A program made the translations under genes and the position numbers. A stretch of 44,999 nt of DNA from a virus (lineage: Duplodnaviria > Caudoviricetes), in the IMG/VR virus record IMGVR_UViG_3300035321_000146, positions 1-44,999 of that record. One strand, written 5' to 3'. Below the pieces are notes generated by a model that worked only from the letters and a program-made list of their open reading frames with translations, searched no databases and had not been told where the DNA came from. Below are positions 28,763 to 35,276 of the stretch, piece after piece. The first letter of the stretch is position 1; every line of letters begins with the position of its first letter.

Positions 28763-28797
28763 AAAAAAAGCCCCTAATGAATTAACACTAGGGGCTT
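28763..28797 (-). terminator. Intrinsic terminator (attenuator) AAGCCCCTAGTG-TTAATT-CATTAGGGGCTT with U-tract
   Basis: 12-bp stem ending in a 7-U run, 11 nt before the tRNA 5' end. Confidence 0.88.
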
Positions 28798-28840
28798 GCT
28801 TAAAATAACTTTTTAAAAAGTCACATTCAAGACGTACCCC
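28791..28840 (-). promoter_or_regulatory. Antiterminator hairpin competing with the terminator
   Basis: GGGGU/GCCCC, CUUGAA/UUUAAG and inner GUGACUUU/AAAGUUAU pairings; sequesters the GCCCC arm of the terminator. Confidence 0.75.
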
Positions 28841-28889
28841 GGTTATTCGGTGGCCAACAAGTAATATTTGTTGTACTATTCTTGAGCAT
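28827..28889 (-). CDS. Leader peptide MLKNSTTNITCWPPNNRGTS (20 aa)
   Basis: AAGGA Shine-Dalgarno 8 nt before ATG; single TGG at codon 12; stop codon inside the 5' arm of the antiterminator. Confidence 0.75.
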   Translation of the reverse strand: MLKNSTTNITCWPPNNRGTS

Positions 28890-28920
28890 GTTAAAAATCC
28901 TTATTCCTTATTATGTGTAT

Positions 28921-28949
28921 ATAATACTACATTTATTTATCGTTGTCAA
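28921..28949 (-). promoter_or_regulatory. sigma70 promoter TTGACA-N17-TATTAT for the leader/tRNA-Trp unit
   Basis: Near-perfect consensus. Confidence 0.8.
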
Positions 28950-29106
28950 CATCTTTTTTGTCTGCTCTGCCTTTTTTCCCGCAGTGTGGACAATGAAAAG
29001 TTGTTCGTTCAATGCAATACTTGTCTTCCATAGTAGCGAATGTAAACCAGCCCTTGCATGAAGCACAGGTTAAATGCCATATGATTTCTTTCACTGCATT
29101 AAACAT
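28933..29106 (-). CDS. Small Zn-ribbon protein, 57 aa (CASC...CPHC)
   Basis: Hand-translated MFNAVKEIIWHLTCASCKGW...FHCPHCGKK; TAAATA upstream. Confidence 0.7.
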   Translation of the reverse strand: MFNAVKEIIWHLTCASCKGWFTFATMEDKYCIERTTFHCPHCGKKGRADKKDVDNDK

Positions 29107-29122
29107 TGTAAAAGTATTTAGT

Positions 29123-29284
29123 TTATTTTTCTAATCCTATGCAAGGAATGAGAATTGATTGTTTGCAGTTGTCTGGATAAGCAATAGCTGACCCAAGAAT
29201 AGGCAAACCTACCATACCAATAATAATAATTAAGAATGCCCAACCTAAACCTTTGGTTGTACAATAGTTTGTTTGTTCACTCAT
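29123..29284 (-). CDS. Small membrane protein, 53 aa (MSEQTNYCTTKGLGWAFLIIIIGMVGLPILG...)
   Basis: Hand-translated; directly follows the upstream stop codon. Confidence 0.65.
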   Translation of the reverse strand: MSEQTNYCTTKGLGWAFLIIIIGMVGLPILGSAIAYPDNCKQSILIPCIGLEK

Positions 29285-29473
29285 TTAACTTCCCCACCCT
29301 GCAAATTCATCTTTGTTTTTCATACGTTCATGCCGTGTAGGCAAATAATTTTCTGTTTTACCTAAACATTCCCAGCCTGTTTCAGCAAGCCACTCTACTA
29401 ATTGAGTTTTACTACTAAACCCCATAGAAAATGTTTCGCCAGTATGCGTGTTTAATATTGTATAATCACTCAT
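29285..29473 (-). CDS. Hypothetical protein
   Basis: GGAGG Shine-Dalgarno before ATG 29473. Confidence 0.65.
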   Translation of the reverse strand: MSDYTILNTHTGETFSMGFSSKTQLVEWLAETGWECLGKTENYLPTRHERMKNKDEFAGWGS

Positions 29474-29825
29474 GTTCGCCTCCAACACCTCTGCTATTAA
29501 TAATATTATCTTTAATATACTTGTCTAATCTTTTCGGATTGTTTTCTGCTTGGCGGAATGTTACAGCCGTAATTGTAATGCCGCTAATCAACAAGATATG
29601 GAATGCTGCACTAAGTCCAAAGGCAATATAGCTTCCTACCATAAGTGCAAAGATGCCTGACCAAATAAAGAATAGGCACTGAAATATCATATGTCCTACC
29701 ATAGGGTCTAAATTTCGCAATGGGGATTTTTCTACTGTCATTACGCTGTCCCACATTTCTTTAGGAAGTTTAGCAATTTCAGTTAGTGTAGTCGCCCATC
29801 CAATGGGCTTAGGTGTATTACTCAT
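29466..29825 (-). CDS. Hypothetical membrane protein (119 aa)
   Basis: Start moved to ATG 29825 (GGAG Shine-Dalgarno) because the longer ORF-track start lies inside tRNA-Leu. Confidence 0.75.
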   Translation of the reverse strand: MSNTPKPIGWATTLTEIAKLPKEMWDSVMTVEKSPLRNLDPMVGHMIFQCLFFIWSGIFALMVGSYIAFGLSAAFHILLISGITITAVTFRQAENNPKRLDKYIKDNIINSRGVGGEHE

Positions 29826-29845
29826 TTTACTCTCCGTGTCTGTTT

Positions 29846-29930
29846 TGGTGCGCCTAGAGGGACTTGAACCCCCACGCCGTAAAGCACTAGAACCTAAATC
29901 TAGCGTGTCTACCAATTTCACCATAGGCGC
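29846..29930 (-). tRNA. tRNA-Leu(TAG)
   Basis: Class II cloverleaf; anticodon loop TT-TAG-GT; A73; CCA. Confidence 0.95.
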
Positions 29931-29935
29931 ATTAA

Positions 29936-30011
29936 TGGTGCTCCCACACGGACTTGAACCGCGGACCTACTGATTACAAATCAGTTGCTCTACCAACTGA
30001 GCTATAGGAGC
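29936..30011 (-). tRNA. tRNA-Thr(TGT)
   Basis: Canonical cloverleaf; loop TT-TGT-AA; CCA. Confidence 0.95.
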
Positions 30012-30017
30012 GTTATT

Positions 30018-30091
30018 TGGAGCGGGTAAGGAGAATCGAACTCCTATCATCAGATTGGAAATCTGAGGTCTTACCATTACACAATACCCGC
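30018..30091 (-). tRNA. tRNA-Gly(TCC)
   Basis: Cloverleaf; loop TT-TCC-AA; U73; CCA. Confidence 0.93.
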
Positions 30092-30094
30092 AAT

Positions 30095-30190
30095 TGGCTT
30101 TCCAGCTACCTTAGGAGTCTAATCATATCGGATTAAACTTTACGCTAGGACAGCTTTTAACTGAGAGATCCTAGCAACTAAGACTGGAAA
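30095..30190 (-). ncRNA. Structured 96-nt RNA with a tRNA-like acceptor stem and 3' CCA but no cloverleaf
   Basis: Stems TTTCCAG/CTGGAAA followed by G-CCA, CTTAG/CTAAG, GCTAGGA/TCCTAGC and AGTTTAATC/GATTAGACT; fills the gap between two tRNAs. Confidence 0.75.
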
Positions 30191-30192
30191 CT

Positions 30193-30277
30193 TGGCACAG
30201 GTGGCGAGATTCGAACTCGCTGAGCTAACGCACTGGTTTTGGAGACCAGCATACCTCTCCAACTGTATCGCACCTGC
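30193..30277 (-). tRNA. tRNA-Trp(CCA), copy 2, non-canonical (C8, G1-U72, 12-nt variable arm)
   Basis: Same architecture as copy 1, with compensatory changes. Confidence 0.85.
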
Positions 30278-30290
30278 GTATTTGTTATTA

Positions 30291-30380
30291 TGGCGGACAG
30301 CCAGGGATTCGAACCCTGGGAGGACTTTCACCCTCGTCGGTTTAGTAGACCGGTGCTTTCGACCACTCAGCCAGCTGCCC
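30291..30380 (-). tRNA. tRNA-Ser with the unusual anticodon ACT (A34)
   Basis: Class II body with variable arm GAGGGT-GAAA-GTCCTC; G73; loop CT-ACT-AA; CCA. Confidence 0.88.
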
Positions 30381-30394
30381 CTCATAATAACAAA

Positions 30395-30469
30395 TGGCTC
30401 CGACGGTAGGGGTCGAACCTACGACCAATTGATTAACAGTCAACTGCTCTACCACTGAGCTACGTCGGA
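30395..30469 (-). tRNA. tRNA-Asn(GTT)
   Basis: Cloverleaf TCCGACG/CGTCGGA; loop CT-GTT-AA; G73; CCA. Confidence 0.95.
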
Positions 30470-30487
30470 ATATTTTGTTTTGTATCT

Positions 30488-30523
30488 AAATTTTCAAATA
30501 GCGTTGCAAGCGTCTTTGCTTAC
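30488..30523 (-). promoter_or_regulatory. rrn-like boxB hairpin plus boxA antitermination element ahead of the tRNA operon
   Basis: Hairpin GTAAGC-AAAGAC-GCTTGC followed by CGCTATTTGAAAATTT (compare E. coli rrn TGCTCTTTAACAATTT). Confidence 0.55.
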
Positions 30524-30552
30524 TTAGTTATATCAGCCACCTCACCGTATTT

Positions 30553-31053
30553 CTATTTAGCGTTAATACTTACGCTAATTGGAACGCGGTCGCCGACATT
30601 ATACTGATTGTATGTAAAACTTTTACCTACTACACCGTTCCACTCATAGCGGATAGTGTAATTTTTTATGGTGTTTACACGTTCCTCATTGTAGTAGGTA
30701 TTACATTGCTGCTCTTGACGATAACCAACGATACCTTGCTTCTGTCCTTTGTCGGCAGCAATGATGCCACCAAGGACTGCACCAGCAGCAGCGCCGTTGT
30801 CTTTACCAGTAACACCTTTACCTAACAATCCGCCAATGATCATACCACCTAGTACATCACCACCTGACGCTCCATTACCTACTTGTCCGTAGATAGGCAC
30901 ATCAACTATATTACATTGTTGCACAGGCTGTCTAATAGTCTGCGTAGTGTAATTTGGTGTTACGTTTGTAATTGTAGCATAATTAGTTTGAGCAAATGCT
31001 TGTGTGCCTAATGCACTACCTACAACTGCTACTGTTGCTAACAACTTTTTCAT
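30553..31053 (-). CDS. Secreted glycine-zipper 2TM protein (YcfJ-like)
   Basis: Signal peptide; GMIIGGLLG...GAAAGAVLGG. Confidence 0.8.
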   Translation of the reverse strand: MKKLLATVAVVGSALGTQAFAQTNYATITNVTPNYTTQTIRQPVQQCNIVDVPIYGQVGNGASGGDVLGGMIIGGLLGKGVTGKDNGAAAGAVLGGIIAADKGQKQGIVGYRQEQQCNTYYNEERVNTIKNYTIRYEWNGVVGKSFTYNQYNVGDRVPISVSINAK

Positions 31054-31088
31054 CTAGTTTCTCCGTTACCTTTTTAGCTTATTATAAT

Positions 31089-31117
31089 ATAATAGCACAC
31101 TATTTATTAACTGTCAA
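31089..31117 (-). promoter_or_regulatory. sigma70 promoter TTGACA-N17-TATTAT
   Basis: Near-consensus. Confidence 0.7.
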
Positions 31118-31438
31118 CCATTCTTTTTGATATTCTTCAACATAATCTACACTATTAATCCTGTCATATCGAAAACTTCGCCATCCTTGTGCATTTACAT
31201 CCCAAACACTAATATTTGTATCTGAGACTTTTTTAGGTGCACCTTCTTTTACTACTTCAGTTGGCTTCATGTCTTCACGTAATGTACAGGTCATTACACG
31301 TTTATCACCATTAAGTTTTGTAAAATCAATTACTAAAACGTTTTGTCCTAGCACATTGCGAAGATCTTCCATAGTAGGAATATTTTTTAATGTTGCTATT
31401 GTATCAGCGACTGTGGACGACTTTGTCTGCAAGTCCAT
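31100..31438 (-). CDS. WYL_2/DUF2693-like SH3 barrel phage protein
   Basis: [15 protein letters not shown]...[13 protein letters not shown]. Confidence 0.7.
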   Translation of the reverse strand: MDLQTKSSTVADTIATLKNIPTMEDLRNVLGQNVLVIDFTKLNGDKRVMTCTLREDMKPTEVVKEGAPKKVSDTNISVWDVNAQGWRSFRYDRINSVDYVEEYQKEWLTVNK

Positions 31439-32021
31439 TTGCTACTGCCTCCTCTGCTGTTAAGAATGTATCAAATTTCATCGTTTCAAATAGTTCTTCG
31501 TAGGTCTTTCCTGCCGTATTGTGTTTTACATAAAGTTCAGTAAGACGCTTGTTAATCTTTTGTGACTCTTCATAGTGTCGTTTAGCATCTTCAAACTGTA
31601 GTTCTTGCACATGAACTGATCCACTTGTACCAGGAGTACCTGAACTTACTCTATGAATCATTGTACGTGATTCTGGCAATACAATACGCTTGCCTGCCGT
31701 GCCTGCTTGTGCTAGGAACGAGCCCATTGAACATGCTTGACCCATTACAATTGTACGTACATCACTTTTGATATATTGCATTGTATCATATACAGCAAGT
31801 CCTGCTGTAACAAGGCCGCCTGGTGAATTAATATATAAATTAATTTCTTTGTCAGGATTATCTGCTTCTAAAAATAATAGTTGTGCTACAATTAAATTAG
31901 CCATATTATCTTCTACAGGACCGTTTAACATTACAATACGGTCTTTCATCAAACGACTGTAAATATCGTATGAACGTTCTCCGCGAGCTTCTTGCTCAAC
32001 TACCATAGGTATCAATGGCAT
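31404..32021 (-). CDS. clpP: ATP-dependent Clp protease proteolytic subunit
   Basis: [19 protein letters not shown] (catalytic Ser) and MIH; start MPLIP by TAATG coupling. Confidence 0.95.
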   Translation of the reverse strand: MPLIPMVVEQEARGERSYDIYSRLMKDRIVMLNGPVEDNMANLIVAQLLFLEADNPDKEINLYINSPGGLVTAGLAVYDTMQYIKSDVRTIVMGQACSMGSFLAQAGTAGKRIVLPESRTMIHRVSSGTPGTSGSVHVQELQFEDAKRHYEESQKINKRLTELYVKHNTAGKTYEELFETMKFDTFLTAEEAVANGLADKVVHSR

Positions 32022-32185
32022 TATAATTCCTCCCAAATTCCGATAAATTCAGCAATAGCAAAAAATAGTGCTAGAGCTACAACTGAGCTAGTAGCGGCTG
32101 CGTATAGGCAACCACCTAATCTTACTGCACTTTTTACTAAACTTAGATAAAAGTGCTTTTTTGAAACATCTACTGGTTCAGGCAT
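32021..32185 (-). CDS. Small membrane protein, 54 aa ([25 protein letters not shown]...[10 protein letters not shown])
   Basis: Hand-translated; coupled to clpP through TAATG. Confidence 0.7.
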   Translation of the reverse strand: MPEPVDVSKKHFYLSLVKSAVRLGGCLYAAATSSVVALALFFAIAEFIGIWEEL

Positions 32186-32366
32186 CTTTTATTTCCGGTA
32201 AAGGTTTGTTGTTAACACTATCATGATAATCGCCGTGTGCATGATAATCTCTACTTGCAGTTTCTTTAATCATCATTCCGTTCTTATAGCGATATGTTAC
32301 AATCTCACGCCGCACAACACCCGCTGTGTCTGCGTCAAATGCACTTTTAAAAGGTCCATCAGTCAT
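32178..32366 (-). CDS. Hypothetical protein
   Basis: ORF track; ATGA coupling. Confidence 0.65.
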   Translation of the reverse strand: MTDGPFKSAFDADTAGVVRREIVTYRYKNGMMIKETASRDYHAHGDYHDSVNNKPLPEIKDA

Positions 32367-32590
32367 CGTCTTCCTTCTTTCATAATGTTTACTGTAGGTC
32401 CGTCACTGGTAAACTCCATGCCGTGTGCATTACCTACATATACTTTTCCATTCCATTTCATTGGAATCTTATTAGTTGCAATAAAGGCATCAAAGTGCTT
32501 ATGCTCTCTAAAGTTATCAACTTCTGCTTCTACACTTGTTTCACTACGAGTGTTAGTAAGCATTGCCTTATTGTCTACAATAGTTTTCAT
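32363..32590 (-). CDS. Hypothetical protein
   Basis: ORF track; ATGA coupling. Confidence 0.7.
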   Translation of the reverse strand: MKTIVDNKAMLTNTRSETSVEAEVDNFREHKHFDAFIATNKIPMKWNGKVYVGNAHGMEFTSDGPTVNIMKEGRR

Positions 32591-32829
32591 TTTGTCCCCA
32601 TCAGTTTAAGATTTAATGCAAAGTTTTCTACCATTAGTTTAACACAAACTGCTTTAAGTGTCAATACATTATCTTCCATTTCTGCCACATGACCAGCCAT
32701 TAAATGAAAGGCTTGCTCTTGTGTTATGTTTAGTCCACTCCAATCAATAGGATCATTATTATCGCACTCTTTAGCAAGATCTGCTAGTAATGCAACTTGC
32801 GGATTAGTTGGGTCAAACATATCAGTCAT
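32587..32829 (-). CDS. Hypothetical protein
   Basis: ORF track; ATGA coupling. Confidence 0.7.
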   Translation of the reverse strand: MTDMFDPTNPQVALLADLAKECDNNDPIDWSGLNITQEQAFHLMAGHVAEMEDNVLTLKAVCVKLMVENFALNLKLMGTK

Positions 32830-33056
32830 TGGTTTGCGAACCTTCCCATTTCCATTTCAAAGTTCTGTCCAGCATAGATATCTTCAAAGTGAAATGTATG
32901 CTCGTACACATCAGTCCATTCTGTCATACTCCACTGATGTCTTTCTAGTTGCCTACGACACCAAGTCTTTCCTTTATCAACTACATCGCTATGGAGTCTT
33001 ACTGTATAGCCAGGTTTCCAGCGTTGCTTGTATTCAAAAATTTCTACAGGTGTCAA
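32826..33056 (-). CDS. Hypothetical protein
   Basis: ORF track; TTG start overlapping the upstream stop. Confidence 0.65.
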   Translation of the reverse strand: MTPVEIFEYKQRWKPGYTVRLHSDVVDKGKTWCRRQLERHQWSMTEWTDVYEHTFHFEDIYAGQNFEMEMGRFANQ

Positions 33057-33244
33057 TGTAACGGTATCCCTTTATTTGCATCAATTCCCCAATATTTTCT
33101 ACAGATGTTTAAAATTACTTCAGGAACATCATCTTCATCTTCTCCGTCAGGAATGAATAAGCCTTTTAACTCGCCGTTTTTACCTATTATAAGGCCCCAA
33201 TCACCATCTGTGAGAGCGTCTTCGAATTCAATCTTCTCTTTCAT
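33053..33244 (-). CDS. Hypothetical acidic protein
   Basis: GAGG Shine-Dalgarno before ATG 33244. Confidence 0.65.
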   Translation of the reverse strand: MKEKIEFEDALTDGDWGLIIGKNGELKGLFIPDGEDEDDVPEVILNICRKYWGIDANKGIPLH

Positions 33245-33836
33245 CCTCTTGCACCTTCTTTGCAATTGTTTTATAAATGCCAGGGTTGACTCTTAAGACA
33301 TGAGGCATCATTTCATGCCTAATATAATTTCTATTATAGCACAGATCTGAATTGCTGTCATCCTCAATATACGGAACACCTTTTAGATCTGCCCATAATT
33401 GCAAATCACGTTTGCGATTAAGTCTAAACGGACGTATCACATAGTTTCTGCGATAAGGAACAATCTTACCTGTACCATGTAAACTGCTAAACAACCAAGT
33501 TTCTACACAGTCGTCTAAATGATGGGCCGTAATTACAGGATGGTCTGTAAAGCGACTTAGAAACTTGTATCTATGCTCTCTCCAATAGTCCTCTCTACTA
33601 CGTCCTAAAGGCAGTGTTCCGTTAATTTGATCAGAATGCATTTCAAGTCGGTTTGATTTACAATACTGCTTTACAAAATGTCTTGCCTTATCAGCGTGAC
33701 CTGTGCCATGATGGAAATGCAATACCCGTACATCATGATTCCGTTTCAAGAAATCAATAGCAACCATACTATCAACACCACCACTTACTGCAATATAAAT
33801 CTGTCGAGGAAGTTTACCTTGTAATTTTATCATCAC
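33228..33836 (-). CDS. tilS: tRNA(Ile)-lysidine synthetase-like protein, catalytic PP-loop domain only
   Basis: AVSGGVDSM, HFHHG, R..RY.F, TAHHLDD..ET, IRP and DDSN...YNRNYIRH motifs. Confidence 0.85.
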   Translation of the reverse strand: MMIKLQGKLPRQIYIAVSGGVDSMVAIDFLKRNHDVRVLHFHHGTGHADKARHFVKQYCKSNRLEMHSDQINGTLPLGRSREDYWREHRYKFLSRFTDHPVITAHHLDDCVETWLFSSLHGTGKIVPYRRNYVIRPFRLNRKRDLQLWADLKGVPYIEDDSNSDLCYNRNYIRHEMMPHVLRVNPGIYKTIAKKVQEDERED

Positions 33837-34020
33837 ACCATTCTGAGTGTTTAATAATTTCTAAATTTTCTCCATATCCATCAGTTTTTAGATAACCGTC
33901 ATTAATTAACTGATCAATAACAGCTTCAACTATTGCTTTTTGTTCATCACGCCTTCCCATAAAATACCCTACTAGAGTAAAAACCACAGCAGTACCGAAT
34001 AGAAATATTTCAAAATACAT
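33814..34020 (-). CDS. Hypothetical protein with N-terminal TM helix
   Basis: ORF track. Confidence 0.65.
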   Translation of the reverse strand: MYFEIFLFGTAVVFTLVGYFMGRRDEQKAIVEAVIDQLINDGYLKTDGYGENLEIIKHSEWCDDKITR

Positions 34021-34023
34021 TTT

Positions 34024-34770
34024 TTACACCTTGTATATTTTCACATAGTTGAGTCTAGTTTCATTAGCACTAAACAATTTGTTTTTGCCTTGAGCTTTTA
34101 CTTTGCCCTTGATGCGTTTCATTGCACCTACTTCGTGTTCAAACTTGTTCATAAAGCTAACAAGGTTGCCATCTGTAGTAACGCAAGTATAATTGTAGCT
34201 TTCCCACTGACTGCTGTAACGCTTGTCAAGGATTGCAATCACTGCTTCTACACTATCCTTCTCTGCCCCCAAATGCTGGCTGTCACGATACTCTACACGA
34301 ATCTCTTTCTTCAATTCGCTTTCGTGACGGTCACGCTTGATAAACTCTGGAGCAAACGCAATACGGCCCATACCTTTAAACGGCACTTCGTCCTTGGACA
34401 GCTCTTTAACCATATCTGCTTTGAAGCCGTCTAGCTCACCCAAGCCAAGCATTACATAACGCTTCATCCACTTGAGTGCTTCTTGTACGCTTGCATAGTC
34501 TGCTTCAGTGGGCTCAAACATTTCAAAGTCTTCTGGAAGGTACTTTGCGTCTGCTGTATCTAACTTCTTTGTCCAATAAAAACGAATTAGACTCTTGTTG
34601 TCAAACTGTGTCTTGTTTTCTTCTGTGCTAAAACGACGAAGGTCTTTGGTGTAAGTTTCGCCGTTGATGCGGTATGCTGCATATGCAACAGCAAGTGCTT
34701 CAGTAATTGATACAGTTTTTACTGGAACTACATCTTTATTTACATAGCCATTATTAACTTCTGTGAACAT
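34024..34770 (-). CDS. Hypothetical protein, possible C-terminal OB fold
   Basis: GAGG Shine-Dalgarno; own promoter; C-terminal IKGKVK...ETRLNYVK. Confidence 0.7.
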   Translation of the reverse strand: MFTEVNNGYVNKDVVPVKTVSITEALAVAYAAYRINGETYTKDLRRFSTEENKTQFDNKSLIRFYWTKKLDTADAKYLPEDFEMFEPTEADYASVQEALKWMKRYVMLGLGELDGFKADMVKELSKDEVPFKGMGRIAFAPEFIKRDRHESELKKEIRVEYRDSQHLGAEKDSVEAVIAILDKRYSSQWESYNYTCVTTDGNLVSFMNKFEHEVGAMKRIKGKVKAQGKNKLFSANETRLNYVKIYKV

Positions 34771-34805
34771 TGTGTGCCTCTGTGTGTTTGCCTAATTATG
34801 TATAT

Positions 34806-34834
34806 ACTATAGCATCAATTAAAGTAAGTGTCAA
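34806..34834 (-). promoter_or_regulatory. sigma70 promoter TTGACA-N17-TATAGT
   Basis: Near-consensus. Confidence 0.7.
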
Positions 34835-35276
34835 CCATACCTTTATAAAAGATGTCCAATTCTTCTCTACTGCCCATATCGCTTTTAAATTGATTTGCTT
34901 TTCTACATACAATTACATAGTTGTTGATTTCATCTTTACCACCCATAGATCTTGCAAGTTTATGATCTACTGTAGGTTGAAAGAATCCATCATAGTTATC
35001 AATATTAGGATTTGTTATCCTATTCAATCCTCTACCATAGTCTAATGGTGTACCAAATATGGGACAGTTATCTGGTGCAATTTTTGCTAGTTGGAAAGGA
35101 TCTCCTTCCCATTTCACAGAGTGTGCCCAAATAAGTTTTAAAAATTGATCTTGCTTTGTAGACTTCTTAAACATTTCAAAAAATGTGCCGTATGTTGAAG
35201 CATCATCTTGTGGATGAAATCTACGTGAGGAGAGAGCCCTAAGGCCCTCTTCTCTAATTTTTATTAAGTCTGCCAT
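34815..35276 (-). CDS. HNH-family endonuclease
   Basis: CPIFG...TVDHKLARSMGG...NNYVIVCRKANQFKS. Confidence 0.8.
   Translation of the reverse strand: MADLIKIREEGLRALSSRRFHPQDDASTYGTFFEMFKKSTKQDQFLKLIWAHSVKWEGDPFQLAKIAPDNCPIFGTPLDYGRGLNRITNPNIDNYDGFFQPTVDHKLARSMGGKDEINNYVIVCRKANQFKSDMGSREELDIFYKGMVDTYFN

Noticed and set aside
30140-30458. ORF-track ORFs 30140..30385 and 30192..30458, and the N-terminal extension of 29466..29924
   Set aside because: They are translations of tRNA genes.
28667-30469. tRNA genes as prophage attachment sites
   Set aside because: No integrase and no host-like flank; the duplicated tRNA-Trp copies are both full-length and diverged rather than att duplications.
30533-30546. 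GGTGAGGTGGCTGA resembles the 5' end of a tRNA-Ser
   Set aside because: Only 14 nt with no matching 3' half; could be a remnant or chance.
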